Of a DNA stretch of 64,000 nucleotides, positions 39,485-57,146 are shown one piece after another. Origin of the DNA: Yuukianura sp. NJ FZ-2021 (Eukaryota); contig CM102283.1 of assembly GCA_046563655.1 (NCBI GenBank), positions 5,394,001 to 5,458,000 of the forward strand. Reading direction: 5' to 3'. How positions within the stretch are numbered: the first letter of the stretch is position 1; every line of letters begins with the position of its first letter. The notes beneath the pieces are model-generated. The model saw only the letters and a list, made by a program, of their open reading frames with translations, was not told the DNA's origin and did not search any database. The position numbers and the translations under genes are program-made.

Positions 39485-39714
39485 GTAATGTATTACGTGA
39501 CATTTTGAAGATTCGCGTCATCTGCGAGGAAATACGGTAGTAATAGAAATTGGGGCGAATTCTGTTGGTGGGTTCTAGAAACTACGTGTGATTTGAGTGT
39601 GTCAAAAGAACTTTCTCGCTTTTCCCTTGGTGAATGCCTGCTTTTGGGAGGTTATTGGCGTCTCGATTGTTCTGGACAGTTCTTTCTCCTTACGTGTACT
39701 TGTAGTTGTTTGGA

Positions 39715-39733
39715 CCAATCAGCGCTCTCCACG
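39715..39733 (+). promoter_or_regulatory. ER stress response element (ERSE) in the BiP promoter
   Basis: Exact CCAAT-N9-CCACG (CCAAT cagcgctct CCACG) just upstream of a non-coding first exon ending at 39895 (CTAAG|GTAAT). HSE-like TTCTAGAA at 39572-39579. Confidence 0.85.
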
Positions 39734-40070
39734 AGTCCCTCTGTCACTTTTAAGTAAAGATCAGAGACGTGTCGGCATCTCCACTTCTTCATTCAGTCTT
39801 TGGTGTTCATTCTGTCAAGTCACTAACTCAACAGAGAAGGGTCACGGTCAGTCAGTAGGGGAAACTTCATCTCGGTTACAAACCAGTGATCTAAGGTAAT
39901 CCAATACACACACTGTCAGTTAGATTATCTATTGTTAATCCGAGAAATCATTGCACTGATCTTTTGCTCGTACCATACTAGGGTATCACCCATGCTTTAA
40001 CCAATTCCAAACTAATCGGAGAATCGGAACTTTATTTGTTTGTTACAGTTACTACAACTACTAATTAAGA

Positions 40071-42337
<2,267 letters not shown>

Positions 42338-44934
42338 TTTCGAAACATTAGGCTAAATAATTCCAAATTCCATACCAAATCGATTAGTTTAATCTACAGG
42401 TTTAAAATTTGTGTCCATTATTTGTTGTTCTCTTTTGCCTGAGTGTTTAGGTTGGATGTTTATATTTATAAAATTATAATAAATTAACTGAGCGAGTGAG
42501 TTGGTTACTAAACTCTCTTTTAGTTTTCATTTTTCGGATGTTACTCCAGTTGTGGAATCTATTTTTATTGAGAACAAAATACTAAACTCTCTTTTCTAGC
42601 AACTTTCTTTTCGGCGGGATACCGTAACAGATTAGGTTTTAACCTAACTAAACCTTACTTAAAGGGGCAACATAAAGTAGCTGCACGGCGTAACCATTCA
42701 TTGTAGCCGCAAAGTGGCTACACAGTGTCGATCGGTTAAACCTTGCGCCAACTGCTGAGGCTTTGGGTGGCCCGACACCTCTGATGCGATGTAATTCGAG
42801 AGTTTACGGTATCGGAGTTGCTATAAGACATGTTATTCTGTATGTTAAAGTGTGATTGAAAATGTTTAAAACCATGGTTAAGAAGTTGCTAAAGTTTATT
42901 GAGGACGACACGAGACGGCGGTGGAAAACGACGGAGGTGCAGGTAAATAAAACGTGGTTACTATCGTTTCTGGAGTAGTAAATGAACGTGCAGCGACTAA
43001 AACGTTCTGGACTGTGGGTAAAGAGTCTATCAAATAGTGCGAAATGAACTCTCACTGACCAGCAGTATTTTGAAAATTCAAACTACTTAACTTTGGATTA
43101 ACAAAAATGCGAAAAAAAAGTTTACAATCCTTGAGTTGAGAATGAGAATGCCCAAGAATATTATCTGCATGCAACCGAAGAAATTGTGAGTTAATTACTC
43201 GGAACGGGATTTCAACTAAAGTAATTTTGAATGAGTATTGGCTTAGTATTCTGCCCTAATTAGTTTAACTTTGACATATCTTCGGCAAATCGGTTTTTTC
43301 CCTAACCAGTCAGAAATCAACGGTGATCAATCTACGAATCAAGCTGCAATGGTCAATATGAGATAATCAGCCAATCCATCGATTTTCTCCGTTTTATCGA
43401 AAAAATTGCTCAACATTCATAAATTCATGTCAACATTTCAGAATAATGAACGAGCTCGAGCTCTGTCTATTTTCTGAAAAAATAGTCCGAAAATTTCAAA
43501 AACTAAAATTGTAATTCAATTATGCTTGAAATACTCAATAAATTATCATATCATTTTATGTTTGAGAAAATATTGTTGTTAGTCACCTCAATTTCCAAAA
43601 TAAAAAACTAAAAAAAAAACATTGCAAACCAGTTTCATTTTTTTTTTTACAAATCTAGAGAGGCGCCTATAATCCTCGAGAGATCCACGCGGAAATCAAT
43701 TTTGAAATTCGTGGTGGCGTATCATGTGACAACGGCAGTGGGTGTGAAAAAGTTGAGTAAGGCGAGCGAAGGGGGCCTAATACCCCTAACTAGACATCTG
43801 CACCTCTCCAAGTGTTTGAATTTCTTACATTCGAATTATGTTTACGTTGTTAAAAAGCCGATGTGATATCCGAATAGTACTCATAACTATCAACATGCAT
43901 AACGCAGCATTTGGTTAATTTTACATTCTTCCATTAGGTTTACGTTTCTCATAAAAAGTTTGTATTGCCAACAGCTGATTGTATTATCGTATTTAAGTTA
44001 TATAAAAATAATTTGACTTTTGAAAAAAAAATCTTTTGTTTTTTATCACGTCCTCATTATGGAATGACATTTATAATAAGTTGCCTTAAAAAATATAGGA
44101 TTTTTTTGCAGTCTTTTGTATGAAATATAAGTCATGCGTTAAAATGAATCATATGCTACGCAAAACCTTGAAATCACATGCATATATAAAACTTATACTA
44201 CAATCGTTTGTAAGTCTTAATATCTTGTGTTAACGTTGTTCACCATTACAAAATACGCAACTCAGGAAGAACTGCGGTTGGAATTTAAAATCCAAGTAGG
44301 TGCAGATATCTGAAAAGTTAGTTGGGATGCGGGGGACTTCCTCACAGAGCGCCATTACTCGTCCCTTTCTTTCTTCATGCTTTATTTGCCCGCGTTCCTC
44401 TCCTCCCTCGTTCGTTTCTCTTCTTTTCTTTGTAGCAGTGAGGTCTCATCATCCTGATCGATATTTCACCCTGCTTTAGTTTATTAAATTAATTAAAAAA
44501 CAAAAAAAATTAAACAATTTAGAAAATCACAAAAAAAGTGACAGGTCAAAGGGGAGGGCCAGTTGTTCCAGATTCTACAAGCCGCAATTCATCGGTTTCC
44601 TTCTGAACATTCTTCAGATTTTTCTTCCAAGAGGTGAGTCAACGGTTGGTTATAGTAAAGCGATGTGGTCCGTTTTACTCCCGGAGGCTATAGGTTAGGT
44701 TTTTTTAAAATCCGAAAATCGGGATGTGAACATTCAATTACCGACCCTAACCAAACCCCAAACCGTTTGGTTGAGGTTTGCTCCTGTGTTCACTTATGTT
44801 AAGGCTAGGTTAACTTTTTTTGAAAAGGTTAGGTTAGGTTAGGGTATCACCCATGCTTTAACCAATTCCAAACTAATCGGAGAATCGGAACTTTATTTGT
44901 TTGTTACAGTTACTACAACTACTAATTAACAATA

Positions 44935-46936
<2,002 letters not shown>

Positions 46937-47510
46937 TTTCGAAACATTAGGCTAAATAATTCCAAATTCCATACCAAATCGATTAGTTTAATCTACAGGT
47001 TTAAAATTTGTGTCCATTATTTGATGTTTTCTTTTGCCTGAGTGTTTAGGTTGGATGTTTATATTTATAAAATTATAATAAATTAACTGAGCGAGTGAAC
47101 TGAGTGAGTTGGTTACTAAACTCTCTTTTCTAGCTACTTTTTTTCCGGCGTGATACCGTAACAGATTAGTTTAGTGAAAATGTTGAAAATCATGGTTAAG
47201 AAGTTGCTAAAGTTTATTGAGGACGACACGAGACGAAGGTGGAAAACGACATAAGGTGCAGGTAAATAAAACATGGTTATGGTTACTATCGTTTCGGGAG
47301 TAGTAAATGAACGTGCGGCGACTAAAACGTTCTGGACTGTGGATAAAGAGTCTATCAAATAGTGCGGAATGAACTCTCACTGACCAGCAGTATTTTGAAA
47401 ATTCAAACTACTTAACTTTAGATTAACAAAAATGCGATAAAAGTTTAGAATCCTTGAGTGGAGAATGAGTGCCCAAGAATAGTGTAAATTAAGTTTATGT
47501 TCTATGTCTT

Positions 47511-49668
47511 TCAAGTCATTTCCACCCCCATGGCCCCCCTTACACGTTCATAAACGACGTAGGAGATGCTGACAGCAGGAGCAACTTTGAGAAAGTTTGG
47601 CAGAATTCCTCGGTAGAGTCCGAACAGTCCCTCTCTCTCCAGTATATTTTTAAACAGCCCGGTCATCGAGTCTCCTCCGCCTGCTGTCGCTTGTAGTCTC
47701 GTCCTTACTAAAGCTAGAGGGTACGAAGCTATCTGTCCACAAGTGGAACTGACAGTTCCACATGCTAGCACCACCAGAATTGGAGGATCCTTCATTGGTT
47801 CTCTCCGGAGATACACTTTCTTCAGAGTTTCATAAACTGCCAAGTCAATTCCAGCGTAAGGCAAGATCCCCAACAGGTTTGGAATGTACCCTTTGTAGAA
47901 AACACGAGCGCCCTCTGACTTGTACATCCGCAGAATTATGTCACATATGCCGCGAAATTCTCCTGAAAAAAAAATCAAAAAATGTTGAATTAGTTTCAAA
48001 TCTTAATTTCGCACATGCTACAAAAGACGCAGTTTTATCGAGGAAATGTAAAAGTCAAACGAGACACTTTTATCATGGTGTCTTTCTCTTTAACACATGC
48101 CGTTATATGGACATAATAAGCCTGTAGACTTTGGACTGTCTCTGCGGTTTGTGTTGTGGGATCAGTAATTGATAAAAATCCTGGTAATTGAGTGCCAAGG
48201 TCTTTACCTGTTTTACGTAGCGCTAGACGTGTCTTGATTACTTCTAGAGGGTAAATTATACTTTGACTAAATGCTCCGGCGAAGGATCCTGCGATGAAGC
48301 GCTCCTCGACTCTTAGCTCTCTGTTTCCGGAACCCTTGAGGAACCTCTTCCCTTGCTCATATGCCATAAACTTTAAAGCTGACTCTGGAGCAATCTTAAG
48401 AACATTGACCCCGTTGCCTCGCCAAAGCGAGAAAACACCGCCCTCTCGAATCATGTTTCTGACACAACCACGTATTCCCGACGAAGTGGTAGAACAGTTA
48501 CGTCCGTGGACCTGTCAAATAAATAAAAAGTCAAGTGAGCATGAGCATACCCAACACATGAATTAGTCATCAGTGGCAGTGCGAGGTGTGTAGATCCATA
48601 AACTGCTTACCTGAAGAAATACTTTGATTCTGTCGAGAGGTGCGGTAGAAGTACGAGATACGGCCCCAGCAACTCCACCAGCCACCAGATGACGCCACCA
48701 CATTCCACTGTCCATCTCTTGTTTTGTAAAGTCGTCAGGAACTGCCATATCCTCTCCAACGTCTAGATACTAAAAAGTGACAAGATTCGTTATTTTGGTT
48801 TTCCCAACATTCATAGCGCGATGAACAAACCAAATCATGTTTCGGCTAAACTTACAGTGGAGTGTCGCCAATAATGCACGATGTCGTGAAAATCTGCAGA
48901 AGGGCTCATGAGCAAGTAGTCTCTCCAGTCTTCCCAACTAATTTCAACTCTCCCTTCTTCGCCCATTCTGCAATTTACGCCATACTTTTTAGACCTACAG
49001 TGACAATGGGACAAAACGACGAAATGTAAATTATCCCCCGCTTTATTCCAAACTGGAATTTTTCACACCACACCATTCCATGCCGCAACTCCGTCTTTAA
49101 CGTCGGTCAGTACCGGTTAGTAGGAACGCAGCAGATCATAGGTTAGTTTCAGCAAGGCATTAGAATCATCGAATTTTTTGTTATATAAGGATAAGTCTAA
49201 GCCTTAGATCTTTTTGAAGTATGTACCTGCGTATCATGTTCGTCGCTTCCTCTTCTGTCAGTTTAACTCCAAGATCTCTGAATGCATGCATAAGTTCTGT
49301 GGCATCCAATTTTCCGTCCTGGTTACGATCAATATCTTTGAAGACTAATTTCAGCTGCTTCTCGTGACTTTTGACATATTCGGTGAATTCACTTAGACTA
49401 ACATCTCCAGACTTATCCATGTCAGACCGATGTAGAAACCTCTGCAACAATGAACAGTTGTATTATAATTATAAATTTCATGGGTACCATAACCATATTG
49501 AAAGGTGATTCCACTTACATGGGCCAATTCCAGAGGGCTTGAGTGACCTCGTCTACTGAGGGCTTCAATGAGGTCTTTTGTGTTGATTCTCCCATCGCCG
49601 TCGACGTCCAATTTATGGAAAAGGGCCGTGAGTCTTGTGTCGTCTTCTTCGTCATGGTTTAGCGACAT
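47511..49668 (-). CDS. SCaMC: Calcium-binding mitochondrial ATP-Mg/Pi carrier (SCaMC, SLC25A23/24/25 family), 6 exons
   Basis: EF-hands [24 protein letters not shown]. Carrier repeats [48 protein letters not shown]. Confidence 0.94.
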
Positions 49669-50363
49669 TTAAGCTTGTTTGAATGCTTGGCAAAGGGTCT
49701 AACCCCAGCGCCTGTGTGTGATCCACTACCTAAATCTAAAATGAATTGCAAGTGCAACTACGGTTGATCTTCTCCAACTGGTTCCAGGCTCAGGAGTTAG
49801 AGCTACGCAATAACACAGCCACGAGGATGATTTGACGATGTCTTGCGTCGTGATTAAACAATTAAACTCCAACTCCGACTTAGAAGAAATTATGAGTTAA
49901 CTAATTAGAACGGGATTTCAGCTAAAGTAATTTTGAATGAGTATTGGCTAGTATTCTGCGCTAATTAGTTAACGTTAATCAATGACGTCACGAATTTCCT
50001 GAAATTAACCTACGTCTACCAGTTATCGTGTGGTCGCCTCTCGTGACAGAAAGGAAAAGAATTGGATCTTGTAAAACTTAACACATTTGCTAAGGCAAAC
50101 CTTGAAGAGGGTGGTAAAACATGTGACCAATATGGGTCATTTCTATTCCTCAGAGAAATCGGAAATCACGAAACTTAAAGTTATTATGGGCTAATCTGAT
50201 AAGTTTTTGATTGATCATTAATTGAAATGCCCTTGGTTAGCTGTGTGACCATGAGAAAATGCTTATGCTTACATAAATTATTTATTTTCAATCAGATTGA
50301 AAAAGGTAAGTTGAACACACTTTGGCTCAGGTTAGTTGAATGTAGATGACGCTGAAAAGCGAC

Positions 50364-53300
50364 CTATTCAAGACGACGACGCTTTGAGTTGACTGAATCC
50401 CACTGAAATTGTTGCTGGAGATTCGCGTTTGATTTGTACGCAGCAGCATGAGGATTTGGATATAACTTAAAATGGGAGCTGTTTGAAGAAGTTGATGGAG
50501 CTGGGTAGCGAACATCATCCGGGTCGAAAACCAAGGTAGGGGTAAAGCCGTTTACCCGAAATGGAGTATCACGAGCATCTTGAAGTGGCACGGGAGCACG
50601 GTAAGCGCTTTGATTGCTTTGAGAATTAAATGGAGATGTTGGCCTCTGACGCTGATGAAGTGGGTTACGGAACATATTACCAAAGGAAGTAGTAGAAATG
50701 TTAGTGTTATGTGCGACTGGAGGCTGCGTATCGTATCTTCCGGGTTCCATATTTGAGTAATTGGTATCTCTTGTGTGAAATTGATTTCTAGGAGGATTGT
50801 CGTCGGACACAAAATATCTTTGTTCGTTATGAAAAGATTGGTGGTGAGTATTATACATCCCGCCAGAATTTGTGTATTGCTGCCCTTGATATGATCGTGA
50901 TGACATGTGAGAGTCGTGCACTTCACTGGATGATCTAGTCATACTGGTCTGGTTGCACACTGGGTTAACGTTGGATTCAAAACGTCGTGAAACATCGTTT
51001 TGCAGGGCAAAATGTTGGTATGGATTTGCCGTTGGTCTTGCGTAGTTTCCTGGGACAACATAATTCTCTGGACTGAACTGCGAAGTTGAGGAATTCTGAA
51101 GAGAAGTGTTTGCTATTGGCCTAGAGCAATCTCCTTCAACTGCATAAGTCCCTGGCCTGACCTGCGAAGATGCGGAATTCTGGAATGAAGCGTTTGATGT
51201 TGGCCTAGAGCAATCTCCTTCAATTTCATACGTCCCTGGTCTAAGCTGCGAGATTGAGTAATTCGGGAGTGAAGCGGGTGATGTTGTCGTAACGCGATCT
51301 TCTTCGACTGCATAAGTCCGAGACGATGAAGCATTCTGGCATGCTCCATCTGTAGTAAACGTGGGAATATCTACTTCCGTTTGGGGCGGTGGAAATGAAC
51401 GCTGCCGAGCTCGCCTCTGAGGCGGGCGGGCCGGCAGTATTTTTTCGATAATAATGTCATCGTCATCAGAATTTTCGCAAGCTTCCTTGTTTTGTTCTTC
51501 AGTAACAGGCAGGCGAGGTGTTTCGATTATTCCGCTTGGTGCGCATGTTCTGATGTCCGGATTTCGAATTTCTTCTACCGTATTGGACAAGTGAGATGTT
51601 TCGACTTCTTCGTTTTGTGTTTGTGTGCATGTTATGATTTTTGGGTCCTCTGCTGCAATCGGCAACTGAGCTATTTCGATTTCTTCATTTGTGAAAAATG
51701 CTTTGATGTTTGGATCCCGTCTTTCCTCTGTTGTAATCGGCAACTGAGCAGATTCGATTTCTCCGCTTTGTAACGTTCTGACATTTGGATTGTCTCCGTC
51801 TTCTGTTGTAAATGTAATCTGCAAGTGAAGTGTTTCGATTTCCTCATCCTCGTTTGTTGTGGGTGTTCTGATATTGGGATTGTGCATTTCTTCTGTTATA
51901 ATCGGTTCTTGAACTGTTTCGATTTCTTCGCTTGTGAAGACTGTTTCTGCTGTAATCGCCGACTCATCAGGAGGTTCAATTTCTTCGCTTATTGTTGATG
52001 TGCTGAGGTTTGGAATGCACCCTGGTTCCACTGTAATATTTGCCAGAGAATAGCCTTCAATGATGGGCACGATTTCTATGAAACAAAATATTAACTTTTC
52101 ACTTCAGAAATTAAAACAGGAGTGTTTAGAAAAGAGTTTTGTCACTTCTTTAACAACGGCATTGTTAAAACTCCAGGTAGTACTTATTGGTTTAGGACTT
52201 ACCAGTGTCCTCAGTCCACACTGAGTCAGGAATGTTTATAGCACCAGCTAGCTCACTTTCACTTTCGCTGCTAAAAGTCGCCCCGCCTGGACTATCGTCT
52301 ATTACTGCAGACTGCATGTTCGGCTTAAGTTTGTTCATGGTTATCTCTTCGACCAGATCTGAACTGTGTGGTAAGACATCCACCGCAGTTGCACTCGACT
52401 TTGTTCCTTTCATTGCTGCTGGAGTGTGTCCTTGGATTTCCAACACTTCAACGTCACTGCTCGATTCTTCTTCTGGGTTGTCCAATGTCACTCCAGTGTG
52501 TAAAGCAGGAACTGGTAAGTTGTTACCAATCGGTAAGTCGTTTCCTGTGAATCCAAAGAAGCAACTTATAACTCATTTTCCAACATTTGGAGAAGAGCAG
52601 GAAGAATTCAAATAAAACCTCACCAGTAGAGTTACTGGAAATAGCTTGACATCCAGGACATTCCCAGCTATGGATAGACAGATCACTGCACTTCATGTGC
52701 GTAGCCGATGATCCACAAGTGTAACAGCGTACTACGTCCCAATTCCTAAGGTTACAGAATTGACTGGATTACTAACTTCAATTACCGCGTAACTCGAACT
52801 CAAAGAACTTTGAAAATGGTATTCAACTATCCAAAATTACGTTTAACAAACGAATTCTTCTTATACGTGCCTTACGTTGAGTCTTGCTTGTTGACGAAAT
52901 CTCTACCATGAGGACAGAGACAGATGGCTGCGTCGCACTTGGAGTAGCGGATAGTCATGTCCCTGAAGAATTCATTTTCCTCTCTCTCCCACGCCGCGTC
53001 TCTAAAATTGAACGAAATTATGTCGACTCAACCTTATACTCAAATTCATGATAAAGTACACTCATTCATAACACGAACGAATTCGTTACGAATATAATCT
53101 GTTTCTTTTTTATGTGATATGGTAATCACAAACTCACTGCTGCGGAATAAAAACCCCGTTCTCCCTCATGGCTTGTAGAAAAATTTCTTCCTTGGAGTTG
53201 CACAAGGGACACTTGAAGAAGTACCCAGCAGACTTTGCAGCTTCCTAATGAACACGCAGTTAGCCAAAAACTGAATCAATTTCGTGTACACGTTTGTTAA

Positions 53301-55637
53301 GGTTTTTATAAATAGAGCAACCCAGTTCAGTTCAAATACTACAGGGTGTTCCACGTAAAAGTAAACGCTTCTAATTATTTGCTAGTGGTTACAGACCAGA
53401 GAAAACCGATTTCTCCTGGAAGATTGTGGAGTTGGACAATAAAATTTTACTTTGCTTGGACCAATTCATGATTCCAAGCTCATAAAACTTCAATTTCTAA
53501 AACATATCCGGTCATACTCAGCAAAATAAACACGTTGTTTGTTGCAAAGGTGTTTACTTTTACGTGGAACACCCTGTATAATCTTTGACATCACAAATCA
53601 TAACCCTTATTACCATTAAACAGCGACGGTGGAAAAGTTGTTTCCCACAACAAGGCGGTAAGATACCGTTTGCCAAATCTACGTCCATAAAACAGATGGG
53701 ACACTCTCGACACGTCTTATGCGGAATAGTTTGCCTCGGTTTGTGCTTCGGACAGAAAGATTCAAACTGCCCAAAGAATTGATTCAAACAACCATTTTCA
53801 TAGCCACAAGGGTAGTGGAAGCTGTAAGGACACCTTGGGGTCACACAACCGATTGTTGCATTCTTCTTCTTACAGAATCTGCACATCTAAAATTCAAATG
53901 GAATTTATAAAGAAACCGTCGCGCAGTATTACCATAGATGGGCGTCCTCACTCAAAAAATCCTCAAAGAGGACGAAATCCTCAAAGAGGACGCGATTTTG
54001 GTTGAGGATTGAGTATAGATGATTTGAGGACCGATGGCCGGAAAGAGTATAGAGGATTGAAGTTTTGAGGATTGACTTTGAATGAGGATAGAGGTTTTGA
54101 GTATTTAAGGATACAGTATGAAGTGAGGATAGAGGATTAGAGTAGTTGAGGATTCAAATTTACTTGAGGATTGAGTATTTGAGCACTCCTCAATTTCGCA
54201 ATTCCTAGCAAATTGAGTCAAATGAGACATCCCGCTAACAACCGCGGTTGTTTCAAAGTTTCAAAATAGGATCAAAGCATGTGCTTTGATCCTATTTCTT
54301 CTCTTCACTATTATTCTGTTGTATCATCAGCTGCCACTGCCAATAGTATAGTCCGAAGTGGTGTGTATCTAATTTAAATTAGTTAGTGAACAACATGTCG
54401 TCGAACTTAAAACAGGCAACACCCGAGTTTGTCCTGTCGTGATTAATGACGAGGAAGTACAAGAAATCGAATCTTCGTCATCTGCAAAAGGTATCAACCG
54501 TCTACGTTACAAGAAAGTTACTGGTGGTGTTCCTGACGCTGATAGGTTAGGTTAATTAAATTCATACTCCGAAACCTCTAGTCTATGTATTTCGGGGACA
54601 CCCCCCTCGAGGGGAGGTCCGAGGGACACCCCCCGGCTCTCAGGGGTGTCCGGACGTTCTCGAAGAGACCTAAAATACGAAAATCGGTCGCGCCTTCGGC
54701 GCGATGGCTACTTTTCTAATGTATTTCGAGGCTTTTCACCAATTTTGAGCGTCGAAAACTCAAATTTTCGTCGCGCCTACGGCGCAAGCAATGTTCTCAT
54801 TCTATTTTTGTGTTTTAACACGAAAATCGGTACCTCACGGGACACCCCCCACCCTGATTTGCCGTCGGGACACCCCCCTCGGAAACTCGAGGTTTCGGAG
54901 TATGATTAAATTTAATATTAGTCTGAAATAAAATTGACTTGGTGAACCAAACTTTATATATAGTTATTTTCACTTAATTGAGGATAGAGGTTTAAGGATT
55001 TGAGGACATTATTGGGATTGAGGATAGAGGATTTGAGGTTTTAAGGATTGGGTTACCAATGAGGATGAGGTTTTGAAGATTTGAGGACTAGAAATCGAGT
55101 GAGGATAGAGGAGAAGAGTATTTGAGGATCGGGAATCGATTGAGGATAGAGGATTTGAGGACGTCCTCTTTGAGGATGCCCATCTATGAGTATTACAAAG
55201 GTAACGAAGAAGAACCATGTTAAGGCGACTTGATCTTTATAAGCTCTCAAAACTTGCCAAACGTTTTCCACGATTGACTTCCTTCTTTATGTCTTGTGGC
55301 AAAAATGCATGAATGCCTTCATCATCTTGGCCATTCTGCTCTCCCATCGCCGAGAACAGCTATACATGGAAAAGTGAGATTGATTCACGGTTAAAAGTGA
55401 CCTTAATTTTTACAAAAACTGCTCTGTAAGTACAGTTATTAAAGTTATAGTAAAAAAAAGTACCAAACAAAAGTGGTGCACAACTACTCCGTCCAGTGCC
55501 AGCATATCTCCCCATTCCGCAGGCTTTGTTTGATATCGGTCACAGAAACAGCACTTAACATTCGGGTTGGATACTTTTATTTCCACCGTTCTTGGATCTC
55601 CAAAACACGCTTGACTTGGATTGGGCACTGTAGCCAT
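50364..55637 (-). CDS. G2E3/PHF7-like (pineapple eye-like) extended-PHD/RING/PHD protein with long disordered repeat tail, no HECT domain
   Basis: CCFC..VHHFCL|LFS..EGIHAFL..IKKEVNRGKRL|MCRFCKKKNATIGC..FHYPCG..FCPKH, CPIC..PCC..FHRRCL, FFKCPLCN, DAAWE, CDAAICLCPHGR, CYTCGS..HMKC..WECPGC. Last exon is the 568-aa ORF ending SKRRRLE. Confidence 0.85.
53342..53576. mobile_element. Tc1/mariner-type MITE (235 bp) in an intron
   Basis: Perfect 25-bp TIR CAGGGTGTTCCACGTAAAAGTAAAC with TA on both sides. Confidence 0.92.
53933..55188. mobile_element. Non-autonomous hAT element (1256 bp) with GAGGAT subterminal arrays
   Basis: TIR CATAGATGGGC(G/A)TCCTCA and perfect 8-bp TSD AGTATTAC (53925-53932, 55189-55196). 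Dozens of (T)GAGGAT motifs at 53985-54190 and 54979-55177. Confidence 0.9.
54563..54904. mobile_element. hAT-type MITE (342 bp) nested in the 53933-55188 element
   Basis: Perfect 16-bp TIR CATACTCCGAAACCTC and perfect 8-bp TSD ATTAAATT. Four GGGACACCCCC motifs and two CGCGCCT(T/A)CGGCGC palindromes. Confidence 0.9.
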
Positions 55638-57146
55638 GTTGTGATGTTCTATATACTCAAAAGCAGATGTCAGCTCCTGTGATCGTCATGTCTAGAATTC
55701 ACATTAACATAAAACTGTCTATTTTGCCTTGCTTTAAAACCTATCAATTGGATAACTAAAATTAACAAAAACTACCAACTCTAGTCGATTTACCTGTATG
55801 AATTCTGGGCGTCCATAATCAATGGTGCGTACAACCACAACTGATTGTTTTGTCAGAATAAGAAATGCATCAGCCGTTTTAAACCTCGGCTAACTAACTA
55901 AAAATCGAAGTTTGTTTCAAAATTCCAAACTTCAATTATGAAAAAAAACTGGGTTGAAGTCAGCATTAGGGAGACTCGGTGTATCCTTGTATGGTTCGCA
56001 CTCCGACCAACGTCTGGCGCATAATAGACGGCTACACCTAGGTGACAACTTTAGTAGCCACTGTAACCATACATAGTTTAAAGTGGCAACCTAAATACCA
56101 CTTGGTGTAGCCACGCATATCCGCAAAGTGGCTGCATAGCCACTGCTATGGCTTACGTTAAACCTTACCCCCACTACATAGATAAGTTTTCCTCTTAACC
56201 TCTTGAAAAGGGGTCACACTAATCGTCTGAAACCTTCTGAAATTTAACTTTCTAAACCAAAAACCATTTTGAGAATGCGACGACGCGCTTGCATGGAAAG
56301 TATTTAACAACCAAACCGTAATTTATTGTAAAGTAAATGCAATTCTGATTCCGCTTTCTAGATGTTTTCTTAAATAAAATTAAATTTTTTTTCATCAAAA
56401 TTGAAACCCAATAAAAGTTTAAGACAAATCAAATGAATAATTTGGAGCATCCAAAAGCTCATTTCCAATTTATTAAATCAATCGATTTGTTGATTACTTT
56501 TTTGTCCTGTTCATGTGACTTGTGTTAAATACCAATTTGTAATCAATTGGTTGAGTTGGGTGATTAGTAATTACTAATTAATTGGGTCCTCCCTCCTTCC
56601 TCAACCATGTTCGTGCTGGAGAAAGTTAAGCTGTTAACCTCACCCTGTCAGGCCTCTTTCTGCCTCAAATCCACTTTCTCTTTTCCAGAAAAACTCACCT
56701 GAGTAAGTAAAAGTTACTAACGACTTACAATCAATATTTAGGATACGTGGACATACAACAGACCCATCCACAACTACATATCAGACAAATGGAAATGTGA
56801 GGACAAAACTTTCCGTTGATGGATTTTGGATTCGACGCAACCCAGAATTGAGGGGAGTCAAGGATTTCCAATTTGAGAGAGAAAGTGGATGGAATGTGCA
56901 AAAATCTTAGAATTTGCACAAAGTACGGATTGGTTGAAGCAGCTCTTTAGACAAAGCAAGGCGGAATTAATTATTAGCAAATCGGAAATGTGAGGATTTC
57001 AGAAATCTGCTAGGCACCTGCTTCCGTTCAATGGAAAACAGCACTCTGTATTTACTCAGACGGTCTTAACATTTTGGAAAAAGTTACTTTTCAAAAGTCA
57101 AAATTTGCAAACTCAAGTGACCCCGAACCATTTTTTTTGTATAGTA

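Noticed and set aside
43761-43793. GCGAGCGAAGGGGGCCTAATACCCCTAACTAG, resembling a Helitron 3' hairpin plus CTAG
   Set aside because: Followed by A rather than T and no 5' end identifiable; too weak to annotate.
44310-44640. Purine-rich minus-strand stretch with splice-like signals, possible gene remnant
   Set aside because: Stops in all frames and no recognisable homology.
53985-55177. GAGGAT arrays and the low-complexity ORFs over them (55009-55218, 55053-55271, 54646-54909)
   Set aside because: Explained as hAT subterminal repeats inside an intron; the ORFs are incidental.
55965-56170. GC-richer segment sharing CCGCAAAGTGGCT and GTTAAACCTT with 42634-42850; considered tRNA/SINE or MITE
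   Set aside because: No cloverleaf, A/B boxes, TIRs or TSD could be defined; probably decayed repeat.
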